Shown: one piece after another, positions 17,828-26,801 of the stretch
Layout of the letters: the number at the start of each line of letters is the position of its first letter
Position numbering within the stretch: the first letter of the stretch is position 1
Assembly: GCA_964550035.1 (NCBI GenBank)
Contig: CAZJVU010000004.1
Coordinates: forward strand, 7,820 to 71,819
DNA from: an uncultured Candidatus Saccharibacteria bacterium
GTDB lineage: Bacteria > Patescibacteriota > Saccharimonadia > Saccharimonadales > EFPC-124
Direction: 5' to 3'
Length of the DNA: 64,000 bases
Made by a program: the position numbers and the translations under genes
Notes under the pieces: generated by a model
The model's input: only the letters and a program-made list of their open reading frames with translations
What the model was told of the DNA's origin: nothing
Databases searched by the model: none

Positions 17828-18630
17828 AGCTGGAAGAGAATCGCGTAGCCTTCGGTGCGGATGTGTCGGAGGCTATTTCTTTTGGCATGGGCAACGATAG
17901 CCGCATGCTGCTCGGGGTCGGCCTCGAGGAGAAGATAGCCATCCGAGTTGAGATGGGCTGGCGCCTGGACAACGAGCTTCTCGATGAGCGCTAAGCCGTG
18001 GTTGTCAGCAAAGAGTGCCTGTCGAGGTTCAAAGTCGGTCTCTGGCGAACGCTCCCAGGCTGGATCGACGTATGGTAAGTTGGCGACCATAACATCGACC
18101 GGGTTCCGGAGCGGAGTGGCAAGATTACCTTGCAGGAAGATGACATCGGCGTCAAGTTCACGGGCATTTTGCTCTGCGATGGCAAGCGCCTCAGCGCTGA
18201 TGTCGGTTGCGAGTATGCGCCGCTGGGGCTGATTCAGCTTGAGCGTGATAGCAATTGCGCCCGAGCCTGTCCCGATATCAGCAATGCTCGCATTCGGCGA
18301 AAGTTGTAGCGCCTCGATGACTTCGATGAGTGCCTCGGTCTCTGGCCGAGGAATGAGCACATACGGCGTCACCACAAAGTCGCGACCGTAGAATTCTTTG
18401 TGTCCAGAGATGTAGGCGAGTGGCGTGTGCTGTGCACGGCGCTTAAGCAGCTCATTAGCATGTGCGAGCTGAGCTGTGGTGAGGTCGTCATCCCCATGAG
18501 CGTGAAGGTGGGGGCGTGTCGTGCCGAGAACGTCACACAGGAGTAGCTCGGCGTCGAGGCAGGCGCTGGGAATGGTTGCTCCAGTAAGCTTGTCTGCGGC
18601 GCTGGCCAGCCATTGGTCGATGCGCATCAT
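17824..18630 (-). CDS. prmC: Release-factor glutamine N5-methyltransferase
   Basis: DIGTGSGAIA SAM motif and NLPY (an NPPY variant). Lies in the prfA-trmH-prmC minus-strand run downstream of prfA, separated from it by the TrmH-like gene. Confidence 0.75.
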   Translation of the reverse strand: MMRIDQWLASAADKLTGATIPSACLDAELLLCDVLGTTRPHLHAHGDDDLTTAQLAHANELLKRRAQHTPLAYISGHKEFYGRDFVVTPYVLIPRPETEALIEVIEALQLSPNASIADIGTGSGAIAITLKLNQPQRRILATDISAEALAIAEQNARELDADVIFLQGNLATPLRNPVDVMVANLPYVDPAWERSPETDFEPRQALFADNHGLALIEKLVVQAPAHLNSDGYLLLEADPEQHAAIVAHAKRNSLRHIRTEGYAILFQL

Positions 18631-19478
18631 TACTTCTTGGCACTACGCTGGCGCACAACCTCGTAGGCGATAGCGACCGTTGCAGCGCTGACGTTGAGTG
18701 AGTCGGCAATACCAGCCATCGGGAGGCGAACAGGCAGGTCGCAATCCTCGATCCACTGGTCGGTTAGGCCGAATTGTTCGCTGCCCATGACGATTGCAAC
18801 TGGTTCGGTGAGGTCGACGTCGGTATAAAGTTCTTGTGCGGCGGGCGTGGCGGCGAGAGAGCGGATGTGATGCTTGCGTAGAAACTCCAAGGCGGATTTG
18901 CTGTCGGTGATGATGGTTGGTGTCGTGAAGAGCACGCCGGTAGAAGCGCGAACAACGTTTGGGTTGAACGGATCGGTTACGGCGTCGCAGACGATGACTG
19001 CTTCGGCGCCAGTCGCATCAGCGGAGCGGAGGATGGTGCCAAGATTGCCTGGCTTTTCGATCGCTTCGACAACGATGAGGAACGGGTTATCGGATAGTTT
19101 CAGCTCTTGGAGCGAGGTATGCCATTGTTTGCCAACGCCAAGCAGGCCTTCGGGTCTTTCACGGTAGGCGATTTTAGCGAATGCTTCCTTGCCAAGCCGA
19201 GTGAGCGTGGCGCCGGCTTTTGCGGCATCGTCCAAGACTTTTTGCTCGTTGGTCCCGAGGAACCACTCGGGGCTGTAGTAGATCTCGTCGAAATGAAACC
19301 CTGCGGCCAAAGCTCGGGTAACCGGGCGATATCCTTCAGTGGTGAATACACCTTGTTCGTCGCGTTCACTGCGCTTGCGGAGCTTCGCGAGGGCTTTGAC
19401 ACGCGGGTTGTGGATGCTGGTGATGGCCTCACTGTCTGCGGAGGTGGGGGCGAAACTACCCATTCTTGCCTCGAACAA
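18630..19478 (-). CDS. TrmH/SpoU-family RNA 2'-O-methyltransferase; start may be ATG 19463
   Basis: SpoU-type C-terminal motifs (NLGTILRSA, GSEQFGL, IPMAGIADSLNVS). Confidence 0.75.
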   Translation of the reverse strand: MFEARMGSFAPTSADSEAITSIHNPRVKALAKLRKRSERDEQGVFTTEGYRPVTRALAAGFHFDEIYYSPEWFLGTNEQKVLDDAAKAGATLTRLGKEAFAKIAYRERPEGLLGVGKQWHTSLQELKLSDNPFLIVVEAIEKPGNLGTILRSADATGAEAVIVCDAVTDPFNPNVVRASTGVLFTTPTIITDSKSALEFLRKHHIRSLAATPAAQELYTDVDLTEPVAIVMGSEQFGLTDQWIEDCDLPVRLPMAGIADSLNVSAATVAIAYEVVRQRSAKK

Positions 19479-19558
19479 CCTCGACGTTCCCCGGAGGAAG
19501 GAAGCGAGCTGCTTGCGAGCGGACTGTAGTTGTGAGAGGTAAGAATGGGTAGTTTCGC
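19450..19558 (-). repeat. Long rod-like hairpin X2 between prfA and the TrmH-like gene
   Basis: 23-nt arms GCGAAACTACCCATTCTTgCCTC/GAGGtAAGAATGGGTAGTTTCGC. The left arm contains the ATG at 19463. The core GCGAGCTGCTTGCGAGCGGA is shared with X1. Confidence 0.6.
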
Positions 19559-19568
19559 TGCATACTTA

Positions 19569-20654
19569 TTATTTCTCCTGACCCTGCTCGGCCTCATGCG
19601 CACGCAAGGTTCGCTCAGCCTTCTGGAGCTCAAGGATGACATCTTCGAAGTCGCCGTCAAGCATGCGCGGCAAATTCGAGCGCGAGTAGCCGATACGGTG
19701 GTCAGTCACGCGGTCCTGAGGGAAGTTGTATGTGCGGATTTTTTCAGAGCGGTCGCCTGAGCCAATGAGCCCGCGTCGTTCGGCGCTCTGCTTGGCCTGC
19801 TCTTCTTCGATCTTCATCGTTAGCAGACGAGAACGGAGCACGCCCATGGCTTTGTCTTTGTTCTTGATCTGGGATTTTTCGTCCTGACAGGTCACCACGA
19901 TACCGGTCGGCAGGTGAGTGATGCGGACCGCCGAGTCGGTCGTGTTGACTGACTGACCGCCGTGGCCGGAACTACGATAGACGTCGATGCGCAGGTCGCC
20001 AGGATTGATTTCGACATCAGTTTCTTCGGCTTCGGGCATGACGGCAACAGTAACGGTGGAGGTGTGGATGCGGCCAGAGCTTTCAGTTGCAGGAACGCGC
20101 TGGACGCGGTGGACGCCGGACTCGAACTTGAATGTGCGATAGGCGTCGGCGCCTTTCACGCTAAAGATAATTTCTTTGTACCCGCCGACATCACTCGGGC
20201 TGTCGCTAATGTGCTCGACTTTGAACTCGTGTGTTTCGCAGTAGCGAATGTACATGCGGTACAGCTCTGCAGCAAAAAGCGAGGCTTCGTCGCCGCCGGC
20301 GCCGGCACGGATCTCGATGATGATGTCTTTCTCGTCGTTGGGATCGCGAGGCGTGAGAAGTACGAAGAGCTCTTCGCCGATGCGGGCGAGTTCATCCTCA
20401 AGTTCAGGAATTTCGAGCTTCGCGAGGTCAGCAAGCTCGCCGTCGTCCGAGCTGACAAGCCCGTGCGCATCGGTGAGCTGTTTCTTCAGCTCTTCTTGGC
20501 GAGCAGCAATGGTAATGATTTTCTCAAGCTCGCTGAGGCGACGCGTTTTTTTGGCGTAGTTGGGGTCAGAGAACGCGTTCGGCGTGCTCAAAAAAGCTTC
20601 GAGATCGTTTCTCTCGGACTGAAGTGTCTCTACATTGAGGTTGATTGTTGCCAT
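19569..20654 (-). CDS. prfA: Peptide chain release factor 1
   Basis: PAT tripeptide (RVPATES) and GGQ (SGHGGQSVN). Confidence 0.95.
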   Translation of the reverse strand: MATINLNVETLQSERNDLEAFLSTPNAFSDPNYAKKTRRLSELEKIITIAARQEELKKQLTDAHGLVSSDDGELADLAKLEIPELEDELARIGEELFVLLTPRDPNDEKDIIIEIRAGAGGDEASLFAAELYRMYIRYCETHEFKVEHISDSPSDVGGYKEIIFSVKGADAYRTFKFESGVHRVQRVPATESSGRIHTSTVTVAVMPEAEETDVEINPGDLRIDVYRSSGHGGQSVNTTDSAVRITHLPTGIVVTCQDEKSQIKNKDKAMGVLRSRLLTMKIEEEQAKQSAERRGLIGSGDRSEKIRTYNFPQDRVTDHRIGYSRSNLPRMLDGDFEDVILELQKAERTLRAHEAEQGQEK

Positions 20655-20690
20655 TTACCGTTCGCCCCCGGAGTCGGCTTCCGCCTGAAG

Positions 20691-21020
20691 TTATTCTTCG
20701 GTAGATTCGGCTTTTTTAGCAGCCTGAGAGGCAGCTTTCTTAGCCTTGTTGGCCAATGCGTCTTTGCGTGCTTGCGCAGCTTCGGCGCGAGCCTTGAAGC
20801 GGTCAACGCGACCTTCGGTGTCGAGCAGCTTTTCCTTACCAGTGTAGAACGGGTGAGAGGCGCTGCTAATGTGCACCAGAATAAGAGGATATTCGTTGCC
20901 ATCTTCCCACTTGATGGTCTGATCACTCTTGGCAGTAGAGCTGGTCAAGAATGCAAAACCAGCAGCAGCGTCCTGGAAGACGACTGGGCGGTATTCGGTT
21001 GGGTGTAGATCTTTTTTCAT
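20691..21020 (-). CDS. rpmE: 50S ribosomal protein L31 (type B-like) with an Ala/Lys-rich C-terminal extension
   Basis: [10 protein letters not shown]...HPFYTGK. No CxxC pair. Confidence 0.85.
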   Translation of the reverse strand: MKKDLHPTEYRPVVFQDAAAGFAFLTSSTAKSDQTIKWEDGNEYPLILVHISSASHPFYTGKEKLLDTEGRVDRFKARAEAAQARKDALANKAKKAASQAAKKAESTEE

Positions 21021-21078
21021 AATTCTTGATTATTCTATCTGTTTTCTAGAGAAATGTCAAAGATAAGTTTAAGTGAGT

Positions 21079-21111
21079 GACCCCGGCTGCGCAGTTCACG
21101 CTGCCGGGGTC
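21079..21111 (-). terminator. GC hairpin after 21125..21388
   Basis: GACCCCGGC/GCCGGGGTC stem. Confidence 0.45.
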
Positions 21112-21124
21112 GACGCCGCCGAGG

Positions 21125-21388
21125 CTACTTGGCAGCGAAGAGCTGCCGCAGTTGCTCGCGGATGACGCCCCGAGTCTTCGGCTTGGGGTGCGCCCAGTCC
21201 GTCTCGCTGGAGACGCCGAGGATGTACATGCACTCGCAGACGAGGTCCTCGGGCGGCAGGTCTGCCTGTCCCACATTGGCGACGATGCGTCCCCTCAGGC
21301 GATCGGCATTCAGGTGGAGCCTCTCGCCCAGCATGGCGTCGCAGATGATCGTCGTCGCCTTGGCGATGAGATTCGGGGTGAGTTTCAT
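21125..21388 (-). CDS. Hypothetical protein (87 aa), GC-rich island
   Basis: ORF divergent from the peptidase gene. The two share an AT-rich promoter region at 21400-21480. Confidence 0.5.
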   Translation of the reverse strand: MKLTPNLIAKATTIICDAMLGERLHLNADRLRGRIVANVGQADLPPEDLVCECMYILGVSSETDWAHPKPKTRGVIREQLRQLFAAK

Positions 21389-21509
21389 GACATCACCTTT
21401 CCTGTTGACCCGACAGAAGCCCGATGGGACATCCTTTACTTTTTATACAATAATGGTAAAATATTCGCAAGGTTTTGGGCCTTACAACACGTATCCCAGA
21501 GGGGGTGTA

Positions 21510-22319
21510 GTGACACAACCGAGACGGCAAAGGCGCATCATCATCGTGGTGCAACCATCACCGCAACAGCCGGCCGGTACGCAGCCGCGGCCACGCCCGA
21601 AACGGCGTCGATCAAAGTCGAAAAGCAGTAAAAGCGGATCGATTGTCATGGTTGTCGTGCTTGCCTTGGCGCTTGCTTGGTTCACTCGCGGCAGCAAGGA
21701 GGAGGGCAGTACGCCACCTCCCGCAGCCAACCCGCCCGCAGGCGACTCGCGACAGCTGGCTAGTCAGGTTTTGGGCCTGAAGGACGACATCGTTCTGACG
21801 GCAGCGACCCGAGGCGCGCTCGATGCCTACGCCAAGGGCGGCAAGCCGACTAACTTCTGTGGCGATGTGCTCCCGGAGGTGGACCCGTTGCTCCTGCAGG
21901 TGCTTCTCAAGCTCCAGCGGGATGGGTACCGGGTGATGATCAACAACCTGGGCCTCGGTTCGGACCGCGAGCATGCGCTGTGCTACAACAAAGACGGCAG
22001 CCGCTCACACGATCAGCATACGCAGCTGCGCGCTGCTGACCTGAACGGCATCATCAAGAAGGGCGGATCGCAAACCAACTGGGGCGACATCGCATTTCGC
22101 CCTGGCGCAGAGATGCAGACCATCCAGGCTTACGCTGATGCGTGGCTGGATTTCTTGCCTCGGAACCGAGGTGGTGTAGGTCAAGAAGGCTGCCTCAATG
22201 GTGTCTATCCGCGCCCGGGTGGGTTTCATGTTCGCATCCCGCCTGGGTCGACGAACGCCAACCCCGCATCCTTCACGGACACGTGCGGCCATCTGCATCT
22301 CGATGTGCGTCAGCGCTAG
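21510..22319 (+). CDS. Membrane-anchored LAS-superfamily (M15-like) zinc peptidase, probably a peptidoglycan hydrolase
   Basis: GTG start behind AGAGGGGG. Basic N-terminus plus a TM segment (IVMVVVLALALAW). H-x6-D (HTQLRAAD) and a terminal HLHLD H-x-H motif. Confidence 0.55.
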   Translation: MTQPRRQRRIIIVVQPSPQQPAGTQPRPRPKRRRSKSKSSKSGSIVMVVVLALALAWFTRGSKEEGSTPPPAANPPAGDSRQLASQVLGLKDDIVLTAATRGALDAYAKGGKPTNFCGDVLPEVDPLLLQVLLKLQRDGYRVMINNLGLGSDREHALCYNKDGSRSHDQHTQLRAADLNGIIKKGGSQTNWGDIAFRPGAEMQTIQAYADAWLDFLPRNRGGVGQEGCLNGVYPRPGGFHVRIPPGSTNANPASFTDTCGHLHLDVRQR

Positions 22320-22348
22320 AGAGGTGAGGCCCCGGCCCTCAAACCTGG

Positions 22349-22385
22349 GGGGCGGCGCCGGCATTACGAATGTCGGCGCCGCCCC
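22349..22385 (+). terminator. GC hairpin after the peptidase gene
   Basis: GGGGCGGCGCCG/CGGCGCCGCCCC 12-bp perfect stem. No U tract. Confidence 0.5.
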
Positions 22386-22522
22386 TGAAACCATGAACTT
22401 ATTGCATTGTGCTACCAGAGTAGATATGGTACACTACCTCAGTAACAAATTTTAATGAAACACCCTGACGCGCGTACAAATCCTCCCACTTGGGATAAGC
22501 GCAGGGGAAGGAGAAGGATTTT

Positions 22523-23239
22523 ATGGCAGTTGCTGTAGATATCAAGGCTTTGCTGGCCAGCGGTGCTCACTTTGGGCACAAGACCAGTCGTTGGCACCCA
22601 AAGATGGCGCCGTACATTCACAGTAAGCGTGCTGGCATGCACATTATCGACCTGACCAAGACCGTCGAAGGCCTGGACAGGGCGCTTGCGTTCATCGAAA
22701 AGGAAGTTGCTTCTGGCAAGCAAGTGCTTTTCGTTGGCACGAAGCGACAAGCTAAAGACATTCTCAAGGCTGCTGCCGAAGACGTCAAAATGCCATTTGT
22801 CACTGAACGTTGGATGGGCGGTATGCTGACCAACATCAAGACCATCGGCGAACGCGTCAAGCGCCTTAAGGACCTCGAGACCCGCATGGCCGCTGGTGAA
22901 CTCGCGAGCCGCTACAACAAGCTCGAAGTGCAGCGTTTCCAAGAAGAAATCGACAGCTTGAACTTCAAGTACGGGGGAATCAAGGACATGAACGGCCAGC
23001 CAGGCGCTATGTTCGTTGTTGACGTCGTGGCCGAAGAAAACGCCGTCAAAGAAGCTCGTCGCCTCGGTATCCCTGTGGTTGCAATCGTTGATACCAACGC
23101 CAACCCAGATGTTGCAGACTACATCGTTCCTGCAAACGACGACGCTATCAAGAGCGTTCAGTTGATCACCGACTACGTAAAGCAAGCTATTACTGAAGGT
23201 GTTGCTGCGCGCAAGGCGGCTACTCCAGCAGAAAAATAG
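22523..23239 (+). CDS. rpsB: 30S ribosomal protein S2
   Basis: LLASGAHFGHKTSRWHPKM is a canonical S2 N-terminus. Confidence 0.95.
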   Translation: MAVAVDIKALLASGAHFGHKTSRWHPKMAPYIHSKRAGMHIIDLTKTVEGLDRALAFIEKEVASGKQVLFVGTKRQAKDILKAAAEDVKMPFVTERWMGGMLTNIKTIGERVKRLKDLETRMAAGELASRYNKLEVQRFQEEIDSLNFKYGGIKDMNGQPGAMFVVDVVAEENAVKEARRLGIPVVAIVDTNANPDVADYIVPANDDAIKSVQLITDYVKQAITEGVAARKAATPAEK

Positions 23240-23244
23240 ATAGA

Positions 23245-23350
23245 AAATGGGGTGGCAGCCGGCGGGACAGCTCCCAGGTTTTTGCCCGCAGGATTTTTAA
23301 TCCGAGGACAAAAACTAGGGGCGGGCCGACTGACAGGACCCCTTCCACTA
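23245..23350 (+). repeat. Copy B of the ~95-nt rod-like structured repeat, in the rpsB-tsf spacer
   Basis: P1 23249-53/23338-42, P2 23256-62/23326-32 (one mismatch), P3 23279-84/23309-14, apical GGATT/AATCC. Confidence 0.6.
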
Positions 23351-23373
23351 AATTCGTTATAAGGAGAAAAGAG

Positions 23374-23973
23374 ATGGGAGCAATTTCACTCGAAGAAGTA
23401 AAGAAGCTCAAAGAGCTCACCGGCGTGGGCCTCACCGACGCTAAGAACGCACTAACCGAAGCCGACGGCGACTTTGACAAAGCGCTCGAAGCCATGCGCA
23501 AGAAGGGCCTGACCCGTGCCGAGAAAAAAGGTGAGCGCGAAGCTCGCGAAGGCCTCGTAGACAGCTACGTCCACGGTGGTCGCATCGGTGTTGTCGTCGA
23601 AGTAAACTGCGAGACTGACTTCGTAGCTCGTACCGACGACTTCAAGAATCTCGTTCACGACGTTGCCATGCACATCGCTGCCGCCAACCCTCAGTTCGCC
23701 AGCATCGAGGAAATTCCTGCCGATGTCCGCGAGGCCAAGAAAGCGGAGTTCGTCGAGAAGGTAAAGAACGAAGGCAAGCCAGAAAACATCGCTGAGCAAA
23801 TTGTCGAAGGCATGCTGAAGAAGCACTTTGCCGAAAAGACGCTCACCGAGCAGTCATTCATCAAGAATCCTGACCAGACAGTCGGCGACTACGTCAAAGA
23901 GCATATCGCTCGCTTGGGCGAGAACATCGTTGTTCGTCAGTTCAAGCGCATTGAGCTTGGTGTAAGCGAATAA
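23374..23973 (+). CDS. tsf: Elongation factor Ts (short form, 199 aa)
   Basis: VKKLKELTGVGLTDAKNAL UBA-like N-terminus and EVNCETDFVA. Confidence 0.9.
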   Translation: MGAISLEEVKKLKELTGVGLTDAKNALTEADGDFDKALEAMRKKGLTRAEKKGEREAREGLVDSYVHGGRIGVVVEVNCETDFVARTDDFKNLVHDVAMHIAAANPQFASIEEIPADVREAKKAEFVEKVKNEGKPENIAEQIVEGMLKKHFAEKTLTEQSFIKNPDQTVGDYVKEHIARLGENIVVRQFKRIELGVSE

Positions 23974-23996
23974 TATAGTTGTTCGTTAGTCAAAAA

Positions 23997-24024
23997 GAAG
24001 CCGTGAAATAGCGGCTTCTTTTAG
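23997..24024 (+). terminator. Intrinsic terminator after tsf
   Basis: GAAGCCG/CGGCTTC hairpin followed by TTTTAGTTT. Confidence 0.6.
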
Positions 24025-24053
24025 TTTGAGTACAAAAGTTGGGGTGACACGCA

Positions 24054-24091
24054 GGCGGCGCCCTCGGCTCAGTGAGCTGGAGGGCGCCGCC
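24054..24091 (-). terminator. GC hairpin after 24111..24755
   Basis: GGCGGCGCCCTC/GAGGGCGCCGCC 12-bp perfect stem. Confidence 0.5.
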
Positions 24092-24110
24092 TGGCGCGTC
24101 GGGGTTCTCG

Positions 24111-24755
24111 TCAGGACCGCTTGCCGGGGGTCCGCTTCGGCATGATCGGGTTGAACAGCGACCTGCTGATCGGGTTGATCGTGACACGCTTGCGGCCCAC
24201 GCGAATCCAGCCCCTTTCGATTTCATCGGCTGTCGCGAAGCGGAAGAGCGAGTTGGGGCTCGCCGACCTTTGCAGCAGCTTCTGTATGACCTCCTGGGGG
24301 AAGAAGACCGCGTAGCATTCGATGAAGTACTTCGTGTTGGTCGCCTTCACCTCGCGGAACGTTTCACCTTCCGCCTGACTGAAACCGGAGAACACCTCAC
24401 GTGCCGTTGCGACATCTTCGAGCGTGAGCGTGCGAGTTTCCGTGACCAGCGACGTGGCGAGCACGTCTCGGAGGGATGTGGTGCGCTCCTTGCGCTGGCT
24501 GAACCAGTTGGCGATCTTGGTCACGTTCTCGGAGGGTGCCACGAAGCGCAAGGTGTCCCTGCCGCCAGGGTCGAACCCGTCGGCGCGGACGCCGAAATCG
24601 CTCATGAGCCGGATGGTTCCCTCCGAGGTGGCGGTGAGCGCCCCACCGATGGGCATGAACCCGGTCTTGAGCTCCGTGTCGTACACCAGGCCGTAGCGAC
24701 TGTGGCCATCCATGAGGATGGCGAAGCCAGGGCAGCTGATACGCGTCAGCGGCAT
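24111..24755 (-). CDS. Hypothetical protein (~214 aa), GC-rich island between tsf and frr
   Basis: ATG 24755 lies 9 nt after AAGGGAG. The track start at 24764 is a GTG abutting the SD. Confidence 0.55.
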   Translation of the reverse strand: MPLTRISCPGFAILMDGHSRYGLVYDTELKTGFMPIGGALTATSEGTIRLMSDFGVRADGFDPGGRDTLRFVAPSENVTKIANWFSQRKERTTSLRDVLATSLVTETRTLTLEDVATAREVFSGFSQAEGETFREVKATNTKYFIECYAVFFPQEVIQKLLQRSASPNSLFRFATADEIERGWIRVGRKRVTINPISRSLFNPIMPKRTPGKRS

Positions 24756-24879
24756 GTCGATCACTCCCTTGGTAGGTGTCCACAGCTGGACAAGAACGAA
24801 GGGATATTATAAACATTTGTGTAGTTATGACAACCCTTACTTTGCTATGATAAGAGGTGAAGAAACTTTTAGGAGATGT

Positions 24880-25434
24880 ATGTTCGACACAAAACCATTT
24901 GCAGATAAGATGAACCAAGCCTTTGCTCACTTCGAGGACGACCTCAAGAAAGTGCGCACCGGCCGTGCTCACCCAGGTATGCTCGACGGCATCATGGTTG
25001 AGGCGTATGGCGCGAAAATGCCACTGAATCAAGTAGCGAACATCGTTGCGCCAGAGGCCCAACTAATCCAGGTGACACCATTTGATCCGACTAATCTGAA
25101 GGCGATTGTGGCCGCCGTCCGCGACGACCAATCCCTTGGCTTCAACCCAAGCGACGACGGCCGCATTGTGCGCATCCCTGTGCCGGCCCTGACTACCGAA
25201 CGTCGCCAGCAGATCGCCAAGCAGCTGGGCGAGAAGGTAGAAGACTGCCGTATCGCGCTGCGCAATGTGCGTCATGATGCACTCAAGGCTGCCAAGAAAG
25301 CCAAAGACGACAAAGAAATCGCCGAAAACGAAGCTCAGCGAGTCGAGCGCGTTGTCGACGATCTCATGAAGGACATGCAGACCAAGCTCGATACCGCAGC
25401 AAAGGCCAAAGAAACCGAAATAATGACGATCTAG
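24880..25434 (+). CDS. frr: Ribosome recycling factor
   Basis: The MFDTKPFADKMNQAFAHFEDDLKKVRTGRAHPGMLD start fits RRF. The upstream part of the track ORF is antisense read-through. Confidence 0.9.
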   Translation: MFDTKPFADKMNQAFAHFEDDLKKVRTGRAHPGMLDGIMVEAYGAKMPLNQVANIVAPEAQLIQVTPFDPTNLKAIVAAVRDDQSLGFNPSDDGRIVRIPVPALTTERRQQIAKQLGEKVEDCRIALRNVRHDALKAAKKAKDDKEIAENEAQRVERVVDDLMKDMQTKLDTAAKAKETEIMTI

Positions 25435-25506
25435 GCTGCCTTGACCTAGGTCATATCTGATAGTATAGTATCCCTCGAAGTCGATAGAAAATGGACGGAG
25501 AGTGAA

Positions 25507-25998
25507 ATGCCTTCTGTGCAGAGTGTCCGGTGCGACAAAGCGCTGTACCTCTTGAACATCCCCATACCGCCGCGATTCCAGCACGTGCTCGATTACGAGG
25601 AAACAGGCGCGACCGGGTTGTACTTACCGGAAGCGCTTGGCCACATCCCTGGGATGACCATCGGGAGCGGTACTGGCCCAGGCTACTTTTACACGTGGTT
25701 CGACGCAAGCCAGGTCGACGAGCAGCGAATCCTTCAGGGAGTCGCGGCGACGTTGAAGCGCTTGACCCCGGGGGCGCGAATCGCTGTGGACCTACAGCGG
25801 CGCTGGAGGGTGGTGATCGCCTTCCGATCCCCTGTGGTGAGAGAAGGCGACCAGCAGCGAGTCATCCAGCGACTGCGGACGGCCTTAGCTTACGACAAGT
25901 GGTGGTGGGAGGAGAACTTTACAACGCTTGTTGGGCGAATCCCACAACGGCCGAACCCTGCCCTCGGTGCCGCCCTCCAGCGGGCGGCGACCTTCTGA
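25507..25998 (+). CDS. Hypothetical protein (163 aa), GC-rich island between frr and uppS
   Basis: TTGACC-N17-TATAGT promoter at ~25447-25475 and a GGAGAG SD. Confidence 0.55.
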   Translation: MPSVQSVRCDKALYLLNIPIPPRFQHVLDYEETGATGLYLPEALGHIPGMTIGSGTGPGYFYTWFDASQVDEQRILQGVAATLKRLTPGARIAVDLQRRWRVVIAFRSPVVREGDQQRVIQRLRTALAYDKWWWEENFTTLVGRIPQRPNPALGAALQRAATF

Positions 25999-26010
25999 CG
26001 ACGTGCGCAT

Positions 26011-26041
26011 CGTGGCCCATACCCAAGCGGGATGGGCCACG
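26011..26041 (+). terminator. GC hairpin after 25507..25998
   Basis: CGTGGCCCAT/ATGGGCCACG 10-bp stem. Confidence 0.5.
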
Positions 26042-26095
26042 ATGTGCAGATACATGATTTTATTTCGAGACGACTTACCAGTATAATGACTAGGC

Positions 26096-26797
26096 ATGAC
26101 AACTAAGACTGCTATTATACCGCACCACCTGGGATTTATCATCGATGGAAACCGTCGATGGGCAAAACAGCACGGCGTCCCTAACTACGAAGGCCACCTG
26201 GCTGGCTACAACGCGTTGAAAGACGTCCTCTACGAGGCGTTTGACCAGGGTGTGACGTACGCCAGTGTCTACGCATTCTCGACCGAGAATTGGAAACGGG
26301 CCGAAGAAGAAGTGGGCTACCTTATGAAACTCACACTCCGCATGGTCAAATCTGATCTACACGAGTTTATTGACCGCGGCATTCGGTTCCGTCACCTTGG
26401 CTCCAAGGAAGGTTTGCCCGACAAAGTCGCCAAAGCGCTCGAAGAAGCCGAAGAAAAAACAAAAGACCTGACGAGCGGCACAGTCTGCGCGTGCTTCAAC
26501 TACGGCGGCCAACGTGAAATCGCCGCTGCGGCGCGAAAATGCGTTGAGGATGGTCTGTCGGCCGAAGAGATTACCGAAGATGCAATTGCAGAGCGACTGT
26601 ACGCGCCAGATGTACCACCAGTCGACATGATGGTCCGTACCTCTGGTGAACGCCGTATCAGCAACTTTATGCTCTGGCGTATTGCGTACAGCGAGCTCAT
26701 GTTCATCGACAAGTTTTGGCCATCCATGACAAAAGACGATGTTACTACTATTATAGAAGAGTACACTAAGCGTAACCGCCGTTTCGGAGGCAACTAG
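26096..26797 (+). CDS. uppS: Undecaprenyl diphosphate synthase
   Basis: HLGFIIDGNRRWA and FSTENWKR. Confidence 0.9.
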   Translation: MTTKTAIIPHHLGFIIDGNRRWAKQHGVPNYEGHLAGYNALKDVLYEAFDQGVTYASVYAFSTENWKRAEEEVGYLMKLTLRMVKSDLHEFIDRGIRFRHLGSKEGLPDKVAKALEEAEEKTKDLTSGTVCACFNYGGQREIAAAARKCVEDGLSAEEITEDAIAERLYAPDVPPVDMMVRTSGERRISNFMLWRIAYSELMFIDKFWPSMTKDDVTTIIEEYTKRNRRFGGN

Positions 26798-26801
26798 TAT
26801 T

